From the NCBI GenBank assembly GCA_043228905.1, contig JBHGNT010000011.1:21018001-21082000 (forward strand): 64,000 bases of DNA, given 5' to 3'. This document shows positions 53,701-64,000 of the stretch, in pieces (within the stretch, counting starts at the first letter, position 1; every line of letters starts with the position of its first letter). Source of the stretch: Azolla caroliniana. Lineage: Eukaryota > Plantae > Polypodiophyta. The position numbers and the translations under genes are program-made. The notes beneath the pieces are model-generated. The model saw only the letters and a list, made by a program, of their open reading frames with translations. It made no database searches and was not told where the DNA came from.

Positions 53701-54190
53701 CAGAAACATAACCTATCAACACAAAAATCAGGTTGTTCATATGAAGCACTTGTATAACTCCAATTCCCTAATGCACGCATCAATGTAACCACAAGACATG
53801 ACCAAAATGCAAAAACTAAACAAAAATGCATTAAAATCCAAAAGCAAAACATAAAAAATGTCGAGAAAATACACTAAGAAATGTGAGAAAGAAAAAGCAT
53901 AGAAAAGCAAAAGAATGCACATAACCTGCTCCATTTTCTGCCGCCCTTTCAACAATAGTTCGGCGAACCCATAAAGATTCGTCAGGCGAAGGTCTGAAGA
54001 AATCGGGTTGCTCCCAAGAAATCCATAGTTTGAGAGATCCTTCCAAGCGGTAATAATTAAGTATGACGACCATGACAGAGCTTGAGAGCATGAAGGCTAA
54101 CAAAGCTAGGGCATACTCTACAGAACTCCATGTCTTTGTCTTCGTTGGATAGGCAGGTGCCTCCACAGAGAAGGCAGCTAGATCTGTCAT
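47757..54190 (-). CDS. PAE: Pectin acetylesterase (PAE/Notum family), 12 exons
   Basis: Exons 54190-53926, 50836-50754, 50674-50545, 50242-50163, 50056-49970, 49789-49665, 49522-49462, 49346-49293, 49140-49063, 48749-48644, 48133-47988 and 47879-47757. Motifs [34 protein letters not shown], catalytic [23 protein letters not shown] and VGDWF...[11 protein letters not shown]. Confidence 0.94.
51910..52985 (-). mobile_element. 5'-truncated RTE-type LINE (family A) in PAE intron 1
   Basis: Minus strand reads (with frameshifts) [30 protein letters not shown]...[33 protein letters not shown], the C-terminal Cys/His region of LINE ORF2, followed by a 3' UTR ending TTTGGCCGCTTGAAAATATGTT. Confidence 0.75.
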
Positions 54191-54469
54191 AGCATAACTG
54201 AGCTAGATGTCAGATCTTTAGATTGCATCGCTTTCGGCCACCTCCTTCTTATGTGTATATAAGTGGTATGTATGTATGTATATATGTATGTATGTATCAG
54301 TATGTTATGTATGTATGTATGTATGGCTTGTGTCTATTTGCAACCAAATATTCAATAGGCCTAGCAAGGGAATCACACACTCACACAGACGGTGTAGGAA
54401 GCGTTTCAATAATCATGTGAGATCTGCACCATCATATCATTATCCACAAAATGCACACACCCACTTCTA

Positions 54470-57400
54470 GCTCGGCTCTGCCCCTTGCATCTGTCGCGTC
54501 TAACTCTCCTTCTGTCGCGTCTAACCCGGTGTTGCCCATGCATCTGTCACGTCTAAATTGGCCCAATGTCTCTAACTTGGCTGGCTTTTTTCTAACCACG
54601 CCCCCACCCCTATAACCTAGTTGAAGATTGTAACCTGTCTACCTGACTCTAACTCAGCTAACCTAGCTACTTGCGTCATAACCTGATCCAATTTTTCGAA
54701 GAGACCATAAACTGTAAATATCACAAACATTCATTCACCAAAAACTTCAACGATCATGAGAGACCAATAATCCAAATTTTCATATTGAAACGATATTCAA
54801 ATTTCAACCATCGACCCTAAAAATTGCAAAATGTGTCACATAATCAAAGAGCAAAAACTTTGAAGATTGTGCATTTACAAAGACCAAAAACTTCAACGAT
54901 CAGGCATTTCCAACAAACAAAAACTCCAAATATCACCTGTGTAGTTTGATTTTGGGATTTTGAGAGACCAATAGCCCAAACTTGAAGATACAAAAAGTTT
55001 GGTCAAATCTTAGAGTTTTAGATATAAAAACTCATTCATCAAAACTTCAAAACTCACTACATCTAAACAAAAAGTCATAGATCATTGCTCTTGTTCAATG
55101 GATGGCAAAATACGCCCACAATTTTTGCAACAATCAACATTAGATTCCCTTGAAGCCAATGTCAAGTCATCATAATGCAAACACCGAACCATCTCGGTCT
55201 CACATATTGGCAACCGCCTCTTAGCATGATGAGCACCTCTCAGTAATCTTCTTGTTTGTGTTTTAGTCTTGTTTGGGAAGCTAGCAATAAGTTCTTGCCA
55301 AATTTCGAGCGTGACTACTCTTTTTCGACAAATTTGTTGCATTTGACTTATTGAACCTCTTTCTGGCATATCGACCGTTGTTGGTTGTGCACAAAACCCA
55401 TTAGTTTATAGGTTGGACCTGTCATTTGTTGCATACAATCCTCAACTTCAACCGTGTTCATCGATCTACATCATTGCTCGGGTTATGTGTGAGGAGGTCA
55501 TGCAAGCATACTCAAAAACTCGGGTTTATTTGAGTATGCTTGAATGACCTCCTCACACATAACATTGAAGGCAGATTCCGCTATGCAATACATGAGTTGG
55601 CACATTCACTGATAGAGGTGGTTCCTTTAAACAATGCTTACTTTCTACAACAAGTTATCAACCCATGTTTTTTTAGTGTGAAACCAACACAATAAATATA
55701 TGGCACTCAATTTGTGATATTTGACCATTCACATTAATCCAAATTTGATGATCTTGAGCAATAACATTAGATATGCCATTATATTTTATCAATGATTTAT
55801 TAATCACCATGGCCTTTGACCTTACAATTGACATCATTTCAAATCTAATTTTCAAGCAATTTGCTCATCTTTTGGGCCCTAATCATAACTACATACCATA
55901 TATCATAGTGGGGTCTCCATGCCCATTGCGTTTGGTGCAACTGTTGCATACAATGGCAGCCCAAATTGATTAGTTTTGAATGTGGAGTCAATTGCCGAAG
56001 AGTTGTTTTGCAACAATCGCTCACACATTTCCAAGGAAAATGGTCATAGGGTTGGAGATTCATTTGGACCAAGCAAGTATGGCTAGACATGTGCCACTTT
56101 CCCTTGCTCTTTAAGTGCGTAGGCATCTTGCGTCATTGAAGACCAATCATCTTCTGACAATGCACTTCTCATTCTTTGCTTATTAGCCATATTATGCATC
56201 ACATGTCATGTTATAAACAATCTAAAAAAAAGGTTCTAATGGACTAGCCTTAGACTTGTGAAATTATTCTTTTTGAATGCTCATATTGGCAACATGCCTA
56301 GCACACCCAACATCAAATAAGTAATCTATGCAACAACTTATTCCATTATGATGGATAGGCAAATGTTGCACATCAAGCCTCGTTCTTGGACATGACCACT
56401 ATGACATCCTCAACCCTAAACCCTTCATTTAGTCTTATGTTCGCATGAAATTTTCATCAAAAAAGCTTTGAAGCCTTCCGCCACGTGTGAGTGCTTATTA
56501 TGATCAATCTTCAAGGTTCACCTACGCAATGACGATCATATCAAGTCACATGTTTGTCTTTTTGGACCCCTTTCAACAAGAATGTATGATACTTTATTTG
56601 AGTCTTAGCTAGTATCATTTGTCTTACATGATTCTACCCTTACCATTTGTGTGGGACATATAGTTGTGTTATATCTTCTTAGACTTGTGCCCAAGATGTC
56701 ATTTGGTGTAGTATTTTGTATTAATTGGCAACGACATTGATCAATTACTACTTTTATGTATGCATTAGATATTCCAGGATCACGAAGGTCTATGGCCCAA
56801 TTCTTCTTTCACTCTATATGAATGTGTGAGTGGGCAATGGTTTGTCCGCCCATGCAAGTGCGCAACTATATCTCTCATTTATGTTACGTTATGGTTATGG
56901 TATGATACTTTTAGATTAGGCAACGTTTTTACACAATTTGCACTCTCAAATTTTAGCATGAGTCAACTCTTCATGTGCCTCCATGTGTTCAATTTGAGAG
57001 GCATCATTTAAAGATTGAATTGTGACTTTAAATATTCATAATAAATCGTTAACCATTAGTTCATATATACCTTGATTGAAGGAAAAAATCTTGGGGAACA
57101 GAACAAGGGATCCATGTTGTCCTCGATCTCGTAATCCTCAAACTTGATGTCATCCTCGGATGTCATTGAAGTTCCTAAATGTGACGGGGTTTCTTCTATT
57201 TTGAATTTTGACTCAAATATAAAATATTTTGCTTTTAAGTCACTTATATCTATCATCTGGTTACATGTTGAACAACCTAACTCTAACATGATAACAATAT
57301 GAAAATGGTAGTTGTGGTTCTCTATTTTCAGCTTTTGGTAGCCATAGATATGAAAGTTACTTTGGTATCTACCAATGTGTTGCAGGAATGACATTGATGG

Positions 57401-57620
57401 AAGGTGGTCATTTGTGATCGTTGAAATGTGATCATTACACGTAGTTATCAAGTTTGGTAAATTTGGCCGAGTTAGTTTGCTAGTTTAGACTATTGGTACA
57501 TGTTAGATGCTTGTCCCATTAGCCGGGTTAAAACATTACCCTAGGTTAGGTCATATATGTGGAGCCAGGTTAGTATATTGGCTCGTGTTAGGTGAAGGTC
57601 ACATTGGCCCCATGTTATTT
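54470..57620 (-). mobile_element. Decayed Mutator-like (MULE) DNA transposon; boundaries approximate
   Basis: Transposase relic with the first-Asp motif IDSTFKTNQFGLPLYA (~56000-55945) and the CxxH motif LLCWFHTKKTW (~55695-55663), with many stops. CTAAC-rich repeats at ~54490-54680 are mirrored by GTTAG-rich repeats at ~57465-57590. Confidence 0.7.
55167..55601. repeat. Left arm of a ~430-bp inverted repeat (contains a ~35-bp-stem hairpin at 55482-55563)
   Basis: Reverse complement of 58968-59398. The ORF track shows matching peptides ...IWQE.IASFPNKTKTQTRRLLRGA.HAKRRLPIC.TEMVRCLHYDD on opposite strands. Confidence 0.93.
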
Positions 57621-57999
57621 CCACGATTCCACATCAATTTTGGAAATGCAAACATTATGCAAATGCCAACGATTATGGTAAAACATAGATTTTTGGATGT
57701 TTTCGTCATCCTTGACAAAGAATCACATAAATATTGACATTCTTGCATAGATGTTGAAATTTGGGCACTTCTGATATAATATTTATGCGCTCGTATTTCC
57801 TAAAACATATAAAAATATCAATTATTTTAATATTTTTCAAAATGGGCTAGAAACACTTGCATTCTATCGGCAGCAGCTCGGCTTAAGCCTAAACCGGTTT
57901 GAAACGACTTAGCGGCTCAGCTCAGCTTAGGCTTGAGCCTTGCCAAACCGGTGAAGCCATTTAGGGATTTAATTACTATTAGGTTAGAGACTAGAGTGA

Positions 58000-58907
58000 C
58001 GACTCAGGAGTCTACTGTCTGCACACGGAGTGACGACTCATGAATCTCCATACAGACGAGAGAGAGAGAGAGAAAGAGGGAGAGGTCTGAGGGAGCCTGC
58101 ATAGTACAGAGTGGAAGACAACGACCTCCTGCTGCTTGCAGCCTACACGCCTTCAGCTTTCAGGTAAGATTCACAGATACTACATTATAGAACAATAATG
58201 TTTGACATATTCTATTAGCATTCACAAATACTATTTCCTACCAAAATGGTACGTAACATAGTAAAAACACCAAAGAGAAACCATATCCATATATAATTTA
58301 TAGGTATTTCAACCTAAATCTAATTTAAACCTTGGATCAGAGTGGGATGGACCATGGAGCATGATGTGATTCGGATTGTTTTATCTTCTCTCTATCCAGC
58401 GCATTAGTGAAGATCTTTGAAAAATAGAAATCGAAGTCTAGAAGAACTTCCAAACCTCGTCTACATTATTTTTTTGCCTCAATTCTCTCTCTCTCTTGTA
58501 TCTTCCACTTTGTGTATTGGTGTAAAACACCATCAATACCATATCCCTGTATCTTACAACCATGGCTTTAGAATGGATGGATGTAGCATATTACTTTCCT
58601 AATTGTTTATAACCATGTAATTCATCAAAGGATAATAATATACAGAACTCTTATGGGATAGTAAAGTGTTCCTTGAAAGTATCATGTTTGTGTATATATA
58701 TTCATGTCTTCTTTAATCTACTCAAAACATTAACCCCAATGTAAAGGTAACCATTATACATTTTACCCTGAAATCTGAACATTCTTTACATGCCCAAATA
58801 TTAATGGGATTTGATCATATTAATGCATTACTTCAATGCAAAACAACAGTACAACATTGTTTCGATTCTTCAGGTGTGCCTCCCATGCCAGGTGCTAACA
58901 TATGGAG
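58000..58907 (+). other. Possible spliced non-coding or leader transcript
   Basis: GA-rich leader-like sequence ending in CAG|GTAAGA (58163), and a 34-nt exon TTCTTCAG|...GAG|GTAAGT (58874-58907). No long ORF. Confidence 0.35.
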
Positions 58908-58967
58908 GTAAGTTAGTAGTCTATTGTTATTAAGAGCCCCAACTTCCCAAGTTTGAAAGTTTTAGCA

Positions 58968-59398
58968 GCCAACTCATGTATTGCATTGCGGAATCTGCCT
59001 TCAATGTTATGTGCGAGGTGGTCATTCAAGCATACTCAAATAAACCTGAGTTTGTGAGTATGCTTGCATGACCTCCTCACACATAACCCGAGCAATGACG
59101 TAGATCGATGAACATGGTTGAAGTTAAGGATTGTATGCAACAAATGACAAGTTCAACCTATAAGCTAATGGGTTTTGTGCACGACAAACAACCAATATGC
59201 CAGACAGAGGTTCAATAAGTCAAATGCAACAAATTTGTCAGAAAAGAGTAGTCACGCTCAAATTTGGCAAGAATTTATTGCTAGCTTCCCAAACAAGACT
59301 AAAACACAAACAAGAAGACTACTAAGAGGTGCTCGTCATGCTAAGAGGCGGTTGCCAATATGCATGACTGAGATGGTTCGGTGTTTGCATTATGATGA
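58968..59398. repeat. Right arm of the ~430-bp inverted repeat (hairpin at 59006-59087)
   Basis: Reverse complement of 55167-55601 with scattered substitutions. Confidence 0.93.
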
Positions 59399-59689
59399 TG
59401 AGCTCAAATTTAGAAAGCACAAACATAAAAATCAAATAATTCAAAGACATAATTGTATTGATGATGAGCTCATCTTGCAATTATCGGTGTTCTCATCTCG
59501 CAACTAGTGAAGGTATCAATTTCTTCACTTTAGAACTTTACAAAAAAATGAGTATGAACTATAGAGATTGAATCAAAATATGTCACGATAAATTATAATC
59601 AAATGTTTAAAAACTCATAAAACATATATTCGAGAATATGAAGAAAACATGACACTAACATAAAATTTGACTATGACATGACACTAAAG

Positions 59690-61125
59690 AGAATTAGAAT
59701 TAGAATTAGAATTTTTATCGTCAATAAAGAGGCCAATTTTGACCTATGGGACCAGAGTATACATGTGTTCTTGATATATGTCTCCTTCCTAAGAAGGGGT
59801 ATTCATATGTTGAAGCACAAAGTCTCTATGTGTTAATAAAGCATACACATATGAGCTCAACCTTCTAGGTGGTGTCTTAAGTATGGATCTTAAGTTATCA
59901 CTCCCTCTTAGTATGTCGACATATCTTGAACGAATTGCACTATATGTCAAGCATGTGAAGAGCAAGTGACTTTCATCCTCTACCATGCCTTCATTGCATA
60001 CTTTACATGTCTTCAAATTCATTACATTTTGATGCCATGATGCAACTTCAATACCTAACTTGTGAGATCGAGTGCGAAGTAGTGTAAGGGCTCTACGAGC
60101 ATTGCTACTCATATTAGTAATGAGATAAGGTTGGATACGATCAATAGACATTCTTGCTTTATATTGAGACCAACATTCAGGGTTGACATTTGCAATTTAG
60201 TATTCTAGCTGTGTCCTCTTAGCATCCTCCCACGTAATCCTTAATGATTCCACCAACCTTTCCTCAATCATTACATATTGCATAACATTGCTTAAAAGCT
60301 CTAAAAGATCATCCACACCCCATCTTCTAAACCATTTCTTTATGTCAACAACCCAACCAGATGAGAGAATCTTACTTTTATGATTCTTTTTAGCTTACAT
60401 CCAACATTCCAAGAAAGATATGGTAATCGATGATTCACATATTCTTGACTTTTGTAATGTATTTATATACTCTTTGGAGTGCCAATAGTTCCATGGGTCG
60501 AATACCCGTTTCCAAGAGCATAACCTGGTAAGAGGTAGTGCATTTAACTCATAATTGCCTCCTTAAAAACATCTTTTGAATTTTCTCAATCTCGTTCCAT
60601 GCATTAAGAGAGATGGTGCCACCCCATACTTCTACTCCATAAAGCAATACTTGAGTTACCATGGCATTGAACAACATTAATTTTACTTCCCATCCACAAG
60701 TATCACTTTGGTTGCATTGATTCTCCAAAAGGTAATATGATTTCCAACTGGCTTGGAGTCTAGAATCAAAGCATACACTCCATTTATTTGTGGCGGGTAC
60801 ATCAATACCAAGATATTTAAAGCTTTTAACAAATTGTATATGTTCACCTTTATATGTGAGCATAGGGTAATGATGAGGTTGGATGGTTTGCATTACCATC
60901 ATTTTTGTTTTCTCCACATTCACTGCTAGTCCACTACTATGGCAAAATTCTTCTAATACCCCAAGTAAATGTTGCATACTATCAACATCATATGAAAAGA
61001 GTACCACATCATCTGCATATAGAAGCAATAAGATAACATGTTACATCAAATTGGGGCCATTCCATCCTTCTTCTCTTGCAACCTTATTCGCCACTTCTTC
61101 TAATTTATCAATACATAAGCCAAAG
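59690..61125 (-). mobile_element. 5'-truncated RTE-type LINE (family B) with RT and C-terminal Cys/His domain
   Basis: LFGLCIDKLEE...LLYADDVVL...GLAVNVEKTKMMV...FKYLGI...LLYGVEVWG and LRTRSHKLGIE...CKVC...VEDESHLLFTC..Y.AIR. The 3' end is a short tandem tail (ATTCTA)n. Frameshifts and stops are present. Confidence 0.88.
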
Positions 61126-61186
61126 AGAGAGAGGGAGGGAGAGGTGAGAAAATTGGGATTCAAACCCAAGACATATACAATATTAG

Positions 61187-61535
61187 CACAACTTACTACC
61201 AAGGTGAGCAAATTTTATTATAATAACAAAAGGAATACGTATTTTCCCGTTCTCAAACGTATTCATTTCGAAACGTTTGTATGCTTGCAGAAACGCATTT
61301 ATTACGTTCTAAATTTGGAAGTACTAGCTATTGGTAATAGAATTAAAATTAATAACATTTACGATATTACCACACCAATTTACTACCAGGATGAGCTAAT
61401 TTGATTATAAAAACAAAAGGAACACATATTTTCCCGTTCTCAAACGTATTCATTTCGAAACGTTTGTATTACAATTTATGTTCTAAATTTGGAACTACTA
61501 GCTATTGGTAATAGAATTAAAAATGAATAACATAT
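61187..61535. repeat. Tandem duplication (~187-bp period) between the two LINE fragments
   Basis: TTACTACCA...AAAAGGAA.AC.TATTTTCCCGTTCTCAAACGTATTCATTTCGAAACGTTTGTAT...GTTCTAAATTTGGAA.TACTAGCTATTGGTAATAGAATTAAAAT occurs twice. Confidence 0.88.
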
Positions 61536-61621
61536 AGAAGCTAAGGCCTTTATTCACATGGAGAGAGTAAACTATTGAAATGACAACTTATTAATAACCA
61601 AGATAAAGAAAGGAAGAGGGA

Positions 61622-62422
61622 ATGCTAGGCAAGCAAATCCCATTTTTTCAGTACTCGGTAAAAATGGGTAGAGAATTGCTAAGGAAGTGTGTGGTTGTTA
61701 CACCGGCAACATGTAAATTTTGGAACTTGGGTAATGTACGACACTCTTGGTTAAATGCTTATTGGAAATGGCTATGGGCCATGCAAATTCCTAGAAAAGT
61801 CGTCTTGTTTAGATGGTTGTTGGTACATTATGGCACCCCTGTGAAGTCATGGATGAAGGGGCATTGCCATGATTTAAAATGTGACAATTGTGGTTTTGCC
61901 AATGAAACGGTGCACCATGTTTTATGGGTATGTCCTATAGCTAGAGCAGTATGGAAAAGAGTGTTGAGAATTTTGTATCCTATTTATGGTAAACAGGTAT
62001 ACACATGGGGTTTTGTGAGATGGGGAAGGTTGGCTGAAGAAATACAGAATTATGAAAGGGATTGTGTTGAAATTCTTCTCCTCTCTAATGGAAGACATGT
62101 GTTGGAGGCCTCTTATACTACACTAATCCATTGTTTGGAAGAAGACAAGGTTTGGTCTACTATATCTTCTTTAGTAGTTTGGATGTTATGGAAGGCAAGA
62201 TGTAAGTGTGTATTTCAGAATGTCAAACCGAATGCGGTTGAGTTAGTCAAGGAGATATGGTTGATGCTCCTGCATACTCTAAGAGGTCAATATGAGGCAA
62301 TACATGGTGAACATGATGTTGTGTTTCACAAGCAACAACAATTTCGAGAAATTTGGAAAAAGGCAGAGGTCTTCACCTATTTTGGGGACAGAATAAACTG
62401 GAGATATGCTCCACCAAGATGA
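61622..62422 (+). mobile_element. L1-type LINE ORF2 C-terminal fragment (zf-RVT), 266-aa open frame
   Basis: WKWLWAMQIPRKVVLFRWLLVH...CDNCG..NETVHHVLWVCP.ARAVW...VWMLWKARC..VF, the zinc-binding RT-associated motif of plant L1 elements. Confidence 0.85.
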
Positions 62423-63530
62423 CTTTTTCCGCTCCCTGTCTTGGAAAGACCATGCATGACGGTTTCCATTACTAGACATGTCGATTTATGTGGGTTGGAG
62501 GGTTGTAATAGATTGTATGGATACTTTGTAGCCTTTGGGCATCTTTTCCATAGTATGAACTATACGTGCATTCACATTCACGAATGTTTCAATCATTCGC
62601 ATAAGAAAAACACCTTAAAAGAATGATAAATACCATACTTTTGGATTAACTATTTATTATGAGGTAAATAAACCTAAAAAATGGGAAAAAAACATTTTAA
62701 AAATGGGGGAAAAAACAAAAAAAAAACACAATAATTTTTTGAATAACATTCGCATTCGTTTTCTAACATAGGAAAACGAATGTTATGCTAGACAAACACG
62801 AATTTTACGTACTATGATCTTTTCATTAATACCATGGTGAATCTTGACTTTAAAACAAAAAAAACAAAAAAAAAAGGAAAAGGGATAAAGATAATACGTT
62901 ATTGAGAAATCAAGTCTCAAATTACAAAGCCGATCATGTAACACAATGGAAATTAACTATGAATCCTACAAAGAGAAGCTCAATGAATTAAATAGGAATA
63001 AATAAGTGTTTGTTACCATTGGTTTTACTCTCTCTCCCATGTTTGAATGAGATTCATTAAACAAGTGTCCACATCCTTGGAAAATGTGTGCACATGGTAC
63101 CATTGGAAGCTTATACTTGATGCCACATGTAAATTATATACATTGAAGGGTTATTTTCTTTATCTAGTGTTAGTATGGAATACTTAGCACGATGACATGG
63201 GAGAATCAATCCTTAAGAGCGTGAAGATTGATATACTATGGAGGGGGTAGAACAACATTTTGGCATAACATATCACTCACCTTTGGAGGCTACTAATGTT
63301 ATATGCTACACATCCCACTATTCCCAAGGCATCTCATGCAATATGACTCATCTTTTGTGATCAAAGGTGACTTGTTTGTTTGTTACTACAGTCTCGTCGT
63401 TTTAATAATAGTACCTATCTAATAGAACAACCACACATTTGTGACAATGTGAGACAGGGAATCATAATACTATCAACGAATCTATTCTTATTCTTCGTTT
63501 TTTACAACCTTTCAACCTAGGCAGATACAT

Positions 63531-64000
63531 CTATGGATGGACGCTATAAGCTTGTTCACGGAGGGTGTTGCTAGATGGCAAACACATGAGAGAGGATATG
63601 GCATCGATGAACTCAGCACGCGTGGGCGAAGGTGGAAGGGGACCTATCCCCATCTCGAGAACGTGCACAAGGCTCCAACAATTGGTGCGTTGGTCAAGCA
63701 ACTGGGGCCAACCAATGATGGGGACACCTAAGGTGATGGTCTCAAGGGTCGAGTTCCAACCGCAATGCATAAGGAAGCCACCGATAGATGGGTGTGAAAG
63801 CACTTGAACTTGGGGTACCCATTTGACCACTTTCCCATAAACGTGTAAACCAACAAGTTGAGCTACAATTTCATTAGTGAGGGTTGCAATACCATGCAAG
63901 ACCCAAAGGAAGGGTTGGCTCGAGTGCAGCATGAGGGCGGCTGCTAATTCTACGGCTTCACGGGGCATAAATTCATATAGGCTGCCCATAGATATGTATA
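63531..64000 (-). CDS. UDP-glycosyltransferase (family GT1) C-terminal half, partial; 5' part lies beyond the window end
   Basis: YISMGS...PFLWVL and the PSPG box WVPQVQVLSHPSIGGFLMHCGWNSTLETITLGVPIIGWPQLLDQ. Confidence 0.88.
   Translation of the reverse strand, partial: YISMGSLYEFMPREAVELAAALMLHSSQPFLWVLHGIATLTNEIVAQLVGLHVYGKVVKWVPQVQVLSHPSIGGFLMHCGWNSTLETITLGVPIIGWPQLLDQRTNCWSLVHVLEMGIGPLPPSPTRAEFIDAISSLMCLPSSNTLREQAYSVHP

Noticed and set aside
55167-59398. Inverted arms interpreted as the terminal inverted repeats of one MULE
   Set aside because: The arm overlaps transposase coding sequence, I found no flanking 9-11-bp target-site duplication, and the likely element ends lie near 54.5 and 57.6 kb
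61622-62422. Intact 266-aa ORF as a domesticated host gene
   Set aside because: It matches the zf-RVT tail of L1 ORF2 and sits among other LINE debris; an open frame of this length is expected for a fairly young truncated copy

Overview
Eukaryotic land-plant nuclear DNA: AT-rich, with spliced GT-AG genes. The repeat content suggests a fern or other seed-free vascular plant, which is inference only. Seven protein-coding loci were reconstructed by hand from splice sites and motifs: a CHI-fold fatty-acid-binding protein (FAP2-like, minus, runs off the left edge), phosphoinositide phospholipase C (minus, 9 exons), eIF3d (minus, intronless CDS), a PHD/ELM2/CW-like zinc-finger protein (plus), an EMSY-like ENT/Tudor protein (plus, 10 exons), pectin acetylesterase (minus, 12 exons) and the PSPG-box end of a UDP-glycosyltransferase (minus, runs off the right edge). 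Mobile DNA includes a full-length but decayed Ty1/copia element nested in a LINE relic inside a PHD-gene intron, with a 271-bp triplication in its RT region. There are also several 5'-truncated RTE-type LINE copies, an L1-type zf-RVT fragment, and a decayed Mutator-like transposase with a snap-back hairpin and a ~430-bp inverted copy 3.4 kb away. No rRNA, tRNA or CRISPR features were seen. The most intriguing item is the MULE inverted-repeat locus next to an apparent spliced non-coding transcript (Mu-killer-like architecture), but this is a hypothesis.
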